A model generated the notes under the pieces. That model had not been told where the DNA came from. It searched no databases and saw only the letters and a program-made list of their open reading frames with translations. From a virus (Duplodnaviria > Caudoviricetes), in IMG/VR virus record IMGVR_UViG_3300005711_000021, positions 53,990 through 117,989 of that record: a stretch of 64,000 nucleotides of DNA; one strand, given 5' to 3'. Of this stretch, positions 1 through 10,876 are shown piece by piece (within the stretch, counting starts at the first letter, position 1; each line of letters starts with the position of its first letter). A program made the translations under genes and the position numbers.

Positions 1-2
1 CT

Positions 3-2783
3 ACTTATGGAGAACATGAAAAATACTCAGGCTTAGAAGCTTATTATGATACATTTAATACACCTGTTATTTCTATGCATTTATTAGGTAAAACATTTTG
101 GGATGTTATGCATATATGTGCATCTGTTCAACCAGATTATATTACAAGTGTTGTGCCTTTTGGCATGAGAAGTTCTATTTTTTATGGTGCTCCAAGATAC
201 TATTATGCATATGATTATGCAGAAGAGAAATTAGATAATGGTGGAAGAATCATAAAAGAAAAACGTAAGCCATTCCAACAATATCATTTATATAGTTCAT
301 TTACAGATATTATCCATAATAACATAAGAGCTTCTGCAAAAGAGATTAAAACAAATGCTGTAGGACTTTATCAAGAATCTCATCTGTTTGGAGATAAAGT
401 AAAACAGGTAGGTCCACTCTTTGTAGATTTTGATATTTATCCAGAATACCAAAAGTCAATGACTGTAGATACACAGTTATGGGCAAAAGGTATGCCAGTT
501 CTAGGTAATATGTTTGGATTTACGGCTGATTTATCAAAAGATGTTTCTAATAAAGGATTTAATAAAATTCCTGGTGCAAAAGAAATTGCATGGCGTATGA
601 CAGCTTCAGCTTTAAAAAATTCTGTTAAAGATATGTATACTGGAGAGCTTACTGTCATAGGAGATCCAACAGTTAAACCATATGATAGAATGGTTATATC
701 TGATGCTTATGAAAGAATAGATGGTCAATGTGAAGTAGAAGCAGTTGTTCATACATTAAATACTACAACAGGATTTACAACAAGTATTTATGCCGATTGT
801 ATTTCTATTGTAGATGATCAATACGAACAATATGCTAATATCTTCCTTAATAAAGTAATGGGTTATGCTTCAGCTTCATTAGCAGCAAACTGTATTGGTT
901 TTGTATTTAATAAACATGGTAGACCTATCGTTACTTCTCTTATTAAGATGACAACTAATGGAGTTGGAAAAGGTATTAACATTGCAAAGAATATAGAATC
1001 ATTTTTAGGAAAAGATGATTTAGCAATTGTTAATAAGATTATTTCAGCTAATGATAAATTATTATCTTTTACAGGTCATTCTGTAGAATCAACTTTTTTA
1101 TCTGTATTCAAAAATAGTTTAAAAAAGACAACATCTAAGTTAACAGCTTACTCTGGTTTAAATGTTGTTAGTGTTATTCAAGCAGATGATTATTTAAAGA
1201 ACCTAGCTGCTACATTAAATGAAATAGAAGATGGAACGATAAAGAAACAAATTACTAAAATAATAGCAAGTGAAAAAGACGATTTAGCAATTGCTAAACA
1301 AGCTCTTAGTGAATATAATGAACTAGCAAAACTAAAGAAATCTAGTATATCTCATTTATTAAAAGCAGATGATGATTTAATAAGTGCAATTACAAAACTA
1401 GCAAGTCATAGTCAATTAGATGATGCATCTAAAGTTGTGTTTAATCAGATAAGGTCTAATCCAGATTTCTTATCAGATACTAAAAACATTAATAGCTTTA
1501 GAAAAGCATTAGTAGCTAGTGAGAAATTAGGAGATGATGCTTTAGACGTAGCAAAAGCTCTTAAAAAGATTATGAATAACTCCGATGATATTGCAAAAGC
1601 CGCTTTAAGTATGTCAGATGATGTTCTAAAAAAAGGTGGATTAAAAACTTTATTTACATCAGGTTCTGAAACTTTACTTGGTGGAATTGCAGCAACTGGT
1701 ATTTGGCCCGCATTAATTCTAATGGTATTAGAAATGGCAATAACAGCTTTAATCGGAGGTTATGCAACAGAATTTGTTTATCGTTATTTACAAAATCTAG
1801 AGGTTCTAAAAATTTATCCACTTAAGAGAAAAGGTCGAGTAATGGTAGCTGGTATTGATGGACATAAAGGAGTAGTTGTAGGATCACCTACAGAAAATCA
1901 ACAAGGTGAATGGACTCAATTTGTTTCTTCATTATTTGATGGAGACAAAGGAGGGTTCGTTAAATCATGTATTAATTTCTTTATTGATGATGTTAATATT
2001 AATACGGCTGCAAAACGATTAAGAACAGATAATTATTTACCTGAGAAACAAGGTAATGTTAATAGTGACATCACTCTTGAATCTGTAAAACAAGCCATTG
2101 CTAAAGATATAAATTCAATCTACTCTAACAATGGTAAGTATAGTGCTAGAGAAGTTATGAAACTTGATAGAATTATGAACTTAAAAGATGAAAATGAATT
2201 AAAGAAACATTTAATTGATCCTAACTTTAAATCTGGAACGATGCCAAGTAAAAATGTAATATCACTAAGAACGAATCCAATTCAAGAGGATGAAGAAATC
2301 AAGCCATATTTAGAATCTAACTTTGCAAGTATTTTTACGGCTTCTCAATCAGGTTCTATAGAACCACTAAGTATTAACTTTAATGGGAAAGATGTAGATA
2401 TGCAATGTTATACTGATTCTGGTGCATGGATTATTCCATGTTTAAGATATGATGCAATGCTATTATTAAAAGATTGCTTACGTATTTTATTTGAAGATAG
2501 TAATGTTGCAAATTATAACAACGAAGAAAAGATTACACCTCATGTCTTTATAACTTCTGCAACGATTATCGGAGGAAAGGCAAGTTGGGAGAATACAGGT
2601 TATGCATTTAGACTTCAACTAGATGGTTCAAAATATACTAAAGAAGATGCTTATAATTTTACATTAAGAATGAAGGAGTATCATGCTTCTATTGATGTTA
2701 CTAATTATATGGAATGTTATATTATTCAAAAGAAGAAAACAGAAATATTATTTATTGTTAAACCTGTTGAAACTTATGAATAA
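3..2783 (+). CDS. Baseplate hub / central tail protein (5'-truncated by window)
   Basis: Frame is open upstream of ATG 75 to the window edge. YTGELTVIGDPTVKPYDRMV...EVEAVVHTL...GFTTSI resembles gp27/VgrG-type hub C-terminal motifs; lies upstream of spike, gp25 and J genes. Confidence 0.55.
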   Translation, partial: TYGEHEKYSGLEAYYDTFNTPVISMHLLGKTFWDVMHICASVQPDYITSVVPFGMRSSIFYGAPRYYYAYDYAEEKLDNGGRIIKEKRKPFQQYHLYSSFTDIIHNNIRASAKEIKTNAVGLYQESHLFGDKVKQVGPLFVDFDIYPEYQKSMTVDTQLWAKGMPVLGNMFGFTADLSKDVSNKGFNKIPGAKEIAWRMTASALKNSVKDMYTGELTVIGDPTVKPYDRMVISDAYERIDGQCEVEAVVHTLNTTTGFTTSIYADCISIVDDQYEQYANIFLNKVMGYASASLAANCIGFVFNKHGRPIVTSLIKMTTNGVGKGINIAKNIESFLGKDDLAIVNKIISANDKLLSFTGHSVESTFLSVFKNSLKKTTSKLTAYSGLNVVSVIQADDYLKNLAATLNEIEDGTIKKQITKIIASEKDDLAIAKQALSEYNELAKLKKSSISHLLKADDDLISAITKLASHSQLDDASKVVFNQIRSNPDFLSDTKNINSFRKALVASEKLGDDALDVAKALKKIMNNSDDIAKAALSMSDDVLKKGGLKTLFTSGSETLLGGIAATGIWPALILMVLEMAITALIGGYATEFVYRYLQNLEVLKIYPLKRKGRVMVAGIDGHKGVVVGSPTENQQGEWTQFVSSLFDGDKGGFVKSCINFFIDDVNINTAAKRLRTDNYLPEKQGNVNSDITLESVKQAIAKDINSIYSNNGKYSAREVMKLDRIMNLKDENELKKHLIDPNFKSGTMPSKNVISLRTNPIQEDEEIKPYLESNFASIFTASQSGSIEPLSINFNGKDVDMQCYTDSGAWIIPCLRYDAMLLLKDCLRILFEDSNVANYNNEEKITPHVFITSATIIGGKASWENTGYAFRLQLDGSKYTKEDAYNFTLRMKEYHASIDVTNYMECYIIQKKKTEILFIVKPVETYE

Positions 2784-2798
2784 AAAGGAGAGATATAT

Positions 2799-3167
2799 AT
2801 GAGTGAAATAAAAAAAAGAATACAAGAGATTAATAATCCTGCGGTGCATAACCGCAGGAGTTTTACTACAGTAGGAAAGGTTACAAAAATAAACGAAAAA
2901 ACAAATACTTGTTCTATTCAATATATCAATAATGAAGGATATTATAGTAATAAAGACAATGTACATATACAAATATTAATGCCAGGTTTTATAGGATGGT
3001 TTCCAAAAGTAGATGATTTTGTTTGTATCAATATTATAGAAAGAAACATTGTTGTAACTGGTCCAGCAGATAATACTTATTCAATGAAGACACGTTCTAA
3101 AATCCAAACAAAAAAAGAAATTCTATCGAATGACTTTGGAAGTACTTTAGCTGGCAATATTTTTTAA
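2799..3167 (+). CDS. Putative baseplate spike-associated OB-fold protein
   Basis: VGKVTKINEKTNTCSIQY...GWFPKVDDFVCI resembles the gp5/gpV N-terminal OB-fold; synteny; AGGAG RBS. Confidence 0.5.
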   Translation: MSEIKKRIQEINNPAVHNRRSFTTVGKVTKINEKTNTCSIQYINNEGYYSNKDNVHIQILMPGFIGWFPKVDDFVCINIIERNIVVTGPADNTYSMKTRSKIQTKKEILSNDFGSTLAGNIF

Positions 3168-3181
3168 AGGGGGAGTATAGT

Positions 3182-4414
3182 ATGGAACAAAATGAAGTTT
3201 ATTTAAAAGTGAAAGATGAAAATGACCCATCCACAGCCATTGCTCGTTTTAAAGATAAAAGTTTAAATCCAGATCGAACATCTGATAGAGGTATCGTTAA
3301 CGAAGAAAATGCATCTTCACTTATAATAAAAGAAAATGGGAATATTATTATTAGTAGCGATGAAACATCTAATATAAAAATCAATCAAGAAAAAATCATT
3401 GAAACAACAAATGAATCTGTAACGATTTCTAATAGAAGATTTTTAAATACAGATGAAGTTATTATTAATAATCAAAAAATGAATCCTCAGTTACTTGAAC
3501 TATCAGATACAAAAGTATTATTTGATAATCCAAATGACTCTATTGGAAACTTAATGATGGATGGAACAGTTCTTGTGAAAACATGGGAACCTTATTTAAA
3601 AAAATATGTTTTAATTAGACGTAAAATCAGAACACCATTATTCTCACATAAACTTAATAAACCAGAAGCACCAGAGTTTATGGATACAATAACAGACTAT
3701 GTAACTGATTTAACAGCTAATACTGCAATGCTTATTAGAGATGAAAAGATTAAAAAAGAAAAAATCACAGCACAAGAAGAAGCTGCACAAGGTGGTTCTA
3801 TTTATGACCAAGGTGATTACAATAATTATCTTACTGAATTTGTTCAATCCTCTAATAGTATTACAAATCAAGGAGGTATAGAAACTGTTTATAACAGTAA
3901 TGGTTATACAACTACAAATGATATTATTTCAACTAGTTCTGGGTCTACTCCTTTATTGTGGCCAGTACCAGAATATAACGGAGCTTATTCTTCTGACTAT
4001 GGTTCAAGATGGGGTAAACATCATGAAGGTGTAGATATTCCTCCTAATCCATCTCTTCATAAGAAAACAAAGATTGCTGCTGCTGAAGCAGGTACGGTTA
4101 TTGCTGCTCGTTCAGCTCCAGAGTATCCTTTATATGGTTCACCACCTTTTACTGGTTATGGTCAAGTTATAGAAATTGATCATGGTAATGGATTAAAAAC
4201 ACTTTATGCTCATTTAGATAAAGTGCTAGTAAAAGAAGGACAAACTGTTGCTAGAGGACAACATATAGGATACATGGGTTGTACAGGAAGTGTTGTTTCA
4301 AGCACAGGAGATGGTACTCATTTACACTTTACAGTATGGGGAACTTGGAATAGAAAAACAGTAGACCGTTATACAGGATTCGATCCAAAACAATTTATTA
4401 AACCTCAAAATTAG
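3182..4414 (+). CDS. Baseplate/spike protein with C-terminal M23 peptidase (virion peptidoglycan hydrolase)
   Basis: M23 motifs HEGVDI, GYGQVIEIDH, TLYAHL, VKEGQTVARGQHIG, HLHF. Confidence 0.85.
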   Translation: MEQNEVYLKVKDENDPSTAIARFKDKSLNPDRTSDRGIVNEENASSLIIKENGNIIISSDETSNIKINQEKIIETTNESVTISNRRFLNTDEVIINNQKMNPQLLELSDTKVLFDNPNDSIGNLMMDGTVLVKTWEPYLKKYVLIRRKIRTPLFSHKLNKPEAPEFMDTITDYVTDLTANTAMLIRDEKIKKEKITAQEEAAQGGSIYDQGDYNNYLTEFVQSSNSITNQGGIETVYNSNGYTTTNDIISTSSGSTPLLWPVPEYNGAYSSDYGSRWGKHHEGVDIPPNPSLHKKTKIAAAEAGTVIAARSAPEYPLYGSPPFTGYGQVIEIDHGNGLKTLYAHLDKVLVKEGQTVARGQHIGYMGCTGSVVSSTGDGTHLHFTVWGTWNRKTVDRYTGFDPKQFIKPQN

Positions 4415-4430
4415 TAAAGGGTGATTTATT

Positions 4431-4949
4431 ATGACAGATTTAATGTTAACTAAATCTGGGGACTTGATGTTTGTATCTGAAGTGCGTAAGCAGAATGTTG
4501 TAAAAATAGCATTCTGCATTTCAGATGGAAACGCTTGTAAGCTAGATTTTATTATAGAAGATTGTTTACCTTTAGAATTGTCTCCTTCTCAAATTAAATT
4601 AAATTTTGATATTGATGATAAGAAAAAAACTTATACTTCTAAGGTTATCACAAAAAAAGAATTCTCTAAACAAGCTTGTTTAATAAGATTAAAAACTCAA
4701 TTAGGAGAATTAAAATATCATACAACAATAGGTTCAAGAATAGAAGAAGTAAAACATAAGTTTTTATTTAATGAAGCAGTTATTGCTAAAACAGCTACTT
4801 TAGCAAAAGAAGCTATTAAAGATATATATCCTAATGCAAAAGTAACTGCAGAACCATTTGCTAAACACTATAGCAATGGCTATAAGCAAATTATGTTGAT
4901 AAAAGTTTATGATGAAGATATTATTATATTAGAATATGAATTGGGGTGA
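4431..4949 (+). CDS. gp25/gpW-like baseplate wedge protein
   Basis: DLMLTKSGDL and IRLKTQLGELKYHTTIGS motifs; directly upstream of baseplate J. Confidence 0.6.
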   Translation: MTDLMLTKSGDLMFVSEVRKQNVVKIAFCISDGNACKLDFIIEDCLPLELSPSQIKLNFDIDDKKKTYTSKVITKKEFSKQACLIRLKTQLGELKYHTTIGSRIEEVKHKFLFNEAVIAKTATLAKEAIKDIYPNAKVTAEPFAKHYSNGYKQIMLIKVYDEDIIILEYELG

Positions 4950-4957
4950 TATTAAAC

Positions 4958-5761
4958 ATGAAAACATTTTCGGAAATTTACAAAGACCTAAGACAACGTT
5001 TTAAAAAACGTTCAAATATTGATGTTACGGATGGGACGGTTATTGATTCTTATTTATTAGCTTCTGCAGAATCATTAGCAGCAGCACATGAAGAAATTGA
5101 AAACAGTAAGAATCCTCATATCTATACTAATCTAACTGGGACCAATATAGATAAAATGGCTCTTCTTATTAACTGTCCTAGATATGCAAATGAAACAGAT
5201 GAATCTTATCTTTATCGTTGTATGAAATGGACATTAATTAATGAGAGTTCAAATGTAACAGCTATAGAAACTGCATTATCTAATTTAAAAGAAAGTTCTA
5301 ATGCTTCTTATGTACCTTATACAGAAGGTACAGGAACAGCAACTGTTTTTATTATTCCAAATGATTACTCATCAGAGGAACAAAAAGAAAGAGCCGTTTT
5401 AGAAGTAAAAAATAGATTATATAAAGTAGTTTCTCCAGATTCTTATATTAACTATAAAATCTGTAAAGCTCTACCAATTGAAATATATGTTCATGTGTCT
5501 TTTAGTAATGGCGTAGATACAAAATCTATTAAAAATAATTTACAAATAACAATTAAAGACTACATAAATAAAATAGCTATAGGTGATACATTATCTTACG
5601 GTGCAATTAATAAAATCGGCACACAAGTTAAGGGTATTGAATTCTTTAATACAACACATATCTTAATAGATGGAGAATTACTTAGAGAACTAAATGCTGT
5701 TCAAACAATAGAAACAAAGTTCTTATTCTATAATATTAATTGGACAATGGTGGTGGAATAA
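4958..5761 (+). CDS. Baseplate J-like protein
   Basis: KTFSEIY, LTGTNID, NETDESYLYR, GTGTATVFIIP, DYINKIAIGD motifs; start moved to ATG 4958 behind GGGGTGA. Confidence 0.75.
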   Translation: MKTFSEIYKDLRQRFKKRSNIDVTDGTVIDSYLLASAESLAAAHEEIENSKNPHIYTNLTGTNIDKMALLINCPRYANETDESYLYRCMKWTLINESSNVTAIETALSNLKESSNASYVPYTEGTGTATVFIIPNDYSSEEQKERAVLEVKNRLYKVVSPDSYINYKICKALPIEIYVHVSFSNGVDTKSIKNNLQITIKDYINKIAIGDTLSYGAINKIGTQVKGIEFFNTTHILIDGELLRELNAVQTIETKFLFYNINWTMVVE

Positions 5762-8700
5762 TGTTAAATACAGAAAGTTTATTTAATAAAATGTTAGAGC
5801 ATTTCCCAAAGTGGATGGATATTCGTAAAAGAGCAACGAAATCTATAGGGGGCCAATTACTTGAGTCAGTAGCGGAAGAAACCGCTACTCTCAAGGAAGC
5901 TCTAGAAGAATTCAAAAAAGATTTCTTTATAGAAAGCTACTTCGGGAAAGAAAATGAAATTGTAGACTTCGTTTATAAAATACAAGTAGGAGACATTGAT
6001 ATTAGTGTCTTAAAAATAATTTCTCATAATCTTACTTACACTAATGACCTCAATGTTTTTTATAAACAAACGGGGGTTTTTTATTATGAGAATAGTTATT
6101 TATTCTTTAGAATAGACGATATTGGAGAAGATAAAATAGAATATACTTTAAACGATTATTATTTTGTAGAAACACCTGAAAAGATGCATGTATGGAATAT
6201 CTTTGATGAGTTTGCAACATTTGTTGGTATTGAAAGACATGAAGGTGAAACAAATAAAAAATTAGAGAATCGTATTCTTAATGTATTCAAAAATAAAATG
6301 AATAATACAAAAGATGGTCTTAAACATGCCATCCTTACTGAGATTATGGAATTAGATCCAACATTAACAATGGATGAAATTACTATAGAAGGTGTTACAC
6401 CAGAAAATTTACGAAAAAAATACGATGAGTTTTCTACTGTTTTAGATAAGCTTTCTAGTATTAATAAGGATTCCTATAAATATAAAAAATGGGACGTAGA
6501 TCCATGGTTCTATAGTATTCGCTCTATTGATTATATTCCTCATGCATGGGATGTTGCTCTTGAAGTATTTAAAGACGGTATTGGAAAAACAGATGATTTA
6601 AAAATATTATTAAGTACAACAGAAGATACAACAGATGCTTCTATTGTATTATACAAAAAGAGTACTAAAGATATTGATAACTATTTGAAAAAGAATAATG
6701 TTAATACAAATATTGAATTAAGTCTTACTCAATTTAATGAAGAATTAAATCCTATTTTATCTCGTTATAAAATTACAGCAAGTAAGGCTGTTGATATTAC
6801 TAATAAAGATATTAGTTTTCAATACTCAGATGTAGCACATAAACAAGGTGAATATGAAGTATCTAATCTTGTAGCAAAAGATGATGATGGTAACTACATT
6901 ATGAGTGATGTTCAAGTTAATGATTATACCATTCTTCCAGCAAATAAAAAGTTTAAATTAAGATTTAAGCCATTAGAATCATTTAAAAAGTTAGCTATTA
7001 AACAATGTGACTTTGTTAATGATGATAAAGTATCTAAGTCTTTATTAAAAGCTAATGATTCGTTTGATTTTTTGAATAACCAATTGACCTATAAATACTG
7101 TAAATCTTATGCTAGTACAATTAATGATTTCTTAGAAGTAACAAATTTAACAGATACAGTAAGAGGATTAACTGTACAAACATCTGAAAAAGAAGCTTCT
7201 GCAATATTAAATATTGATGATATGGCAATGGAACATATTTATTTTTCATATGGATGTGATATGGCTGCTATTAATAATAACAATATCGTTTCAGAAAACT
7301 TTGATATTGTAGATAATAAGTATGTTAGTTATAGTGCTCCAGGCGAAACTAAGTTTAAATTAGATATAGAAGCAAACTCTATTAAATTTACAACGATAGG
7401 TCATTGCCAAATTACTATTTATAAAGATGGTTCTGTATTATCAGGTCCATATACTGTAACAGATACACAAACATTTGCCTCTGATATGTCTAAAACAAGA
7501 TCTCGTTATGTAGTAGAGATTTTATCATTAAACAGTTTAGAGAAAATAACAGTCAAAGATTTAATGTATACAAGCTTTGATATTATAGAAACATTAAAAT
7601 ATGGTCAGTTTGCAGAAGACTCTTTAGGTATCGTTCTTCCTAATGTTTCTAAGAATGAACTTTCTATTAAGATTCAATCTTATTTTCAAAATGCACCTTA
7701 TATATCTAGTATTTATATAGGAGCACCTTATGATTTAAATACAGTTTATGAAACAGAAGTGTTTAGTACTGGAAAAGATTCTCATATGTATATTTCAAAA
7801 GAGAATATGCAGGCAGATTTAATTCTGGTTGATGAACATGATACAGAAAATCTTGATAGTAGTTATACTGTATTAAACTATAGACCTTATTTAGAATTTA
7901 AAGGAACAAGTAATTCGGCTTATATTCAACTTAATCTTAAAAGCTTTATTAAAATAAATAAAATAACAACAGATATTGGTGTTGTAAAAACAAACTTTAA
8001 AAATGGAGAATATGTTTACCTGATAGAACTAAAAAGCAATAATATAATCTCAAAAGTATTTGTTGATGGTGTTGTTGCTAGTAATATCAAAACAAAAAGA
8101 TTAATTGATTTATTTAATATTAGACCATCTAATAATGATAAATTATATGTAACAAATATTTTTGACGGCTTCATTTCAGAGAAAAACAAATTCCAATCAA
8201 AGCATAAACTATCAGATATTGAAGAAATTAAAAACGCTTTTAAATATGGTATGTTTAACTTTGTTAATGTGTCTAATGATTTCAATCAAGCCTACATAAG
8301 AGACTTAGATAATAACTCAGTTATTGTTTCTACAACAGGATACAATGGTTCTATCAAAGATGCATGTTTAAAATTAAAAGATAAACAAACTTATGTTGCT
8401 TATAATGAACATAAAATGATTCAACAAAAGAAAACAATGATTCAAATTGAAGATACTTTTAGTCCATTCATTCCTTCTGATGCTCTATACTATTATGAAT
8501 TAACTAGTATGTCTTCTAATGTAAGTATTCAGTTTCATGATTTTAATGAAGTTCATTATGAAATAATTTATACAGGACTTAATTGGACAATAGGTAAAAA
8601 GTATATTGCTTTAGAAGCTCACTTTGACATAACAGATCCTAAAAACTTTTTAGCAGATGTTATTACTGTTAATAAGCAATATAAACTTCAAAAAACAATT

Positions 8701-10872
8701 AGTATTAATTATATGACAGAATTAGATAATGAAACGATTATTAATTTATGTAAATATATGATCAGTACACCTAAAGGTATTACATTAAATTATAAAAAGA
8801 TAGATCCTATTACCACACCAATAGAATCCGCCCCTGAATATTACGGATTAGAATCTATGTTTAAACAACAAGATGGTTTTAATAAATTAAGCTATTGCAA
8901 TATAGATAAGATAATAGAGTTTTATGCAGGAACACCTGAAAAGAGTGATTACTTTACTATTACAAGTGATATGTACACGCTATTAAAAGATGAAGGTATT
9001 ATTGTTTGGAATGATACAGCTCCAGCATTATTAGATTATAGTATTTTATATATACAATATACAATTAAGATTCCAGCAACATTTACTGTAGATGATGATT
9101 TATTATATGAAAAAACAAATCATACTATTGAAGGTTATTCTTTCATTAAACGTATTGATGATATAGCAAACATTAAAAACAATACATTTATTGATTTATC
9201 TAAAGAAACTTCATTCTTAACCGCAGACAAAGTAATTGTACATTGTACAAATCCTAGTTTCGATGCATATCTTGAAACAGGTGGTATTAGATTTAAAAGG
9301 ACCATTGAAGATAATGCTTTATATGCAAGGTCAGGTTATTATTATGTAGATGGCTTAGAATATTATATGTTTGCAGAAGAAACTTCTGAGAGAACTAATA
9401 AAGTAATTAATATAGAATATGGAAACACAACAAAAGATAATGAAGGTATTCATTTACAAAAATCATCTCATAACTATATTAATAACTCATTACTTACTAC
9501 TGAAGGCATGGGTAATATATATTCTAAAAACTTCACAAAAGATAGTAATGTGTTTGGTGCTAGTTCACTTAATGCTTTAACAGCATGTAACAGTTTTAAT
9601 CATTGGAAGAACGTAGGTTCTACATTATCATTAGTAGACGCTCATAATGGTGTAGGTATTTCATTAACACCTTTTATTACAGATGGTTATGCTTATGTTG
9701 ATATAACAAATAGTTTATATGAGAAAACATTAATTTCACTTTATCATACAGGTAGTGGAAAGGTTCTTATTGGAAAAGAAAAGAAACAAGGAGATTTAAA
9801 ATATCCTAATTCAGATAGCATTGAAATCATTACAGAAATTAAACCAACTATGTCTAATAATAATATTTTATCTCATGTATTTGAACCTGATTTAAACTTT
9901 AGTTATTATTTGGTTATAAAAGGTTCAATTGTTATAGATGATATTATTATTTGTCATGCTGATGTCACTAGTAACTGGGATTATCATAAGAAAAATATTT
10001 CTACTTTAGGTCTTACAATTAAAGAACAAATATTAGAAGAATATGTTAATCGCTTATTTTTTTATAATACAAGTGGCTATAAAAATTTAGGTGCAGAAAT
10101 AGATAAAAATAATACAATCATAAATAGTTCACTTGTTAACTGGGGACTTACAAAAATAAAAGAATACAATGTTTATGATGATTGGAATTATTGTGAGCTT
10201 AATTATGTAGATATAGAAAATAACATGTTAATATCTAAAGGTTTAGAAGGATATGTTATGACTGAACCTATTTTTGCAGGTGATTTAAATATGATTAAAT
10301 CATTAATTATAAAAATAAATGATGTGGAATTTAATCAGACTTCTGGTTTTACAGTTTATGTTTATTCATCAAATGAACATTCAGGTGTATATGAATTAAA
10401 ATCTTCTTTTAAAAATAATATAGGTGTAATAAAAGAAAAAGAAGTTAAACAGCTTGGAAAATATATTAAGATTAAAATTCAAATGCCACAATACAAAATT
10501 ATAAACACACTTTCATTGTTTGCAGAATATAAGGAATCAGAAACATCTGCTCCAATAGAAAGAGTTAATACAAATGGTCAATTAATCTCAGAGATTTATG
10601 ATGGACAATATCAAGCAAAATATAAATTAACTGATATTAACATAGAAAAGATAAGTAATATAGATGATGTACAAATACAAATAAGAGCATCTAAAGTAAA
10701 TAAAGATGAATCTATATGGACAGAATGGAAGATGATTAAATTAAGTCCTGAACTAAAAGTACTTAACTCTATTGTCTTTGATGATTATAGATTCTTCCAA
10801 TTAAAGATTTCATTAAAAAGACAAGATACTTATATAAAAATTAATTACTTAGACTTAAAGGTGGTGAGATAA
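5761..10872 (+). CDS. Large baseplate wedge / structural protein (~1700 aa)
   Basis: FPKWM and HVWNIFDEFATFVGIERHEGETN..LENRIL motif typical of large myophage baseplate proteins; C-terminal QIRAS..WTEW..YRFFQLKI domain. Confidence 0.6.
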   Translation: MLNTESLFNKMLEHFPKWMDIRKRATKSIGGQLLESVAEETATLKEALEEFKKDFFIESYFGKENEIVDFVYKIQVGDIDISVLKIISHNLTYTNDLNVFYKQTGVFYYENSYLFFRIDDIGEDKIEYTLNDYYFVETPEKMHVWNIFDEFATFVGIERHEGETNKKLENRILNVFKNKMNNTKDGLKHAILTEIMELDPTLTMDEITIEGVTPENLRKKYDEFSTVLDKLSSINKDSYKYKKWDVDPWFYSIRSIDYIPHAWDVALEVFKDGIGKTDDLKILLSTTEDTTDASIVLYKKSTKDIDNYLKKNNVNTNIELSLTQFNEELNPILSRYKITASKAVDITNKDISFQYSDVAHKQGEYEVSNLVAKDDDGNYIMSDVQVNDYTILPANKKFKLRFKPLESFKKLAIKQCDFVNDDKVSKSLLKANDSFDFLNNQLTYKYCKSYASTINDFLEVTNLTDTVRGLTVQTSEKEASAILNIDDMAMEHIYFSYGCDMAAINNNNIVSENFDIVDNKYVSYSAPGETKFKLDIEANSIKFTTIGHCQITIYKDGSVLSGPYTVTDTQTFASDMSKTRSRYVVEILSLNSLEKITVKDLMYTSFDIIETLKYGQFAEDSLGIVLPNVSKNELSIKIQSYFQNAPYISSIYIGAPYDLNTVYETEVFSTGKDSHMYISKENMQADLILVDEHDTENLDSSYTVLNYRPYLEFKGTSNSAYIQLNLKSFIKINKITTDIGVVKTNFKNGEYVYLIELKSNNIISKVFVDGVVASNIKTKRLIDLFNIRPSNNDKLYVTNIFDGFISEKNKFQSKHKLSDIEEIKNAFKYGMFNFVNVSNDFNQAYIRDLDNNSVIVSTTGYNGSIKDACLKLKDKQTYVAYNEHKMIQQKKTMIQIEDTFSPFIPSDALYYYELTSMSSNVSIQFHDFNEVHYEIIYTGLNWTIGKKYIALEAHFDITDPKNFLADVITVNKQYKLQKTISINYMTELDNETIINLCKYMISTPKGITLNYKKIDPITTPIESAPEYYGLESMFKQQDGFNKLSYCNIDKIIEFYAGTPEKSDYFTITSDMYTLLKDEGIIVWNDTAPALLDYSILYIQYTIKIPATFTVDDDLLYEKTNHTIEGYSFIKRIDDIANIKNNTFIDLSKETSFLTADKVIVHCTNPSFDAYLETGGIRFKRTIEDNALYARSGYYYVDGLEYYMFAEETSERTNKVINIEYGNTTKDNEGIHLQKSSHNYINNSLLTTEGMGNIYSKNFTKDSNVFGASSLNALTACNSFNHWKNVGSTLSLVDAHNGVGISLTPFITDGYAYVDITNSLYEKTLISLYHTGSGKVLIGKEKKQGDLKYPNSDSIEIITEIKPTMSNNNILSHVFEPDLNFSYYLVIKGSIVIDDIIICHADVTSNWDYHKKNISTLGLTIKEQILEEYVNRLFFYNTSGYKNLGAEIDKNNTIINSSLVNWGLTKIKEYNVYDDWNYCELNYVDIENNMLISKGLEGYVMTEPIFAGDLNMIKSLIIKINDVEFNQTSGFTVYVYSSNEHSGVYELKSSFKNNIGVIKEKEVKQLGKYIKIKIQMPQYKIINTLSLFAEYKESETSAPIERVNTNGQLISEIYDGQYQAKYKLTDINIEKISNIDDVQIQIRASKVNKDESIWTEWKMIKLSPELKVLNSIVFDDYRFFQLKISLKRQDTYIKINYLDLKVVR

Positions 10873-10876
10873 TTTT

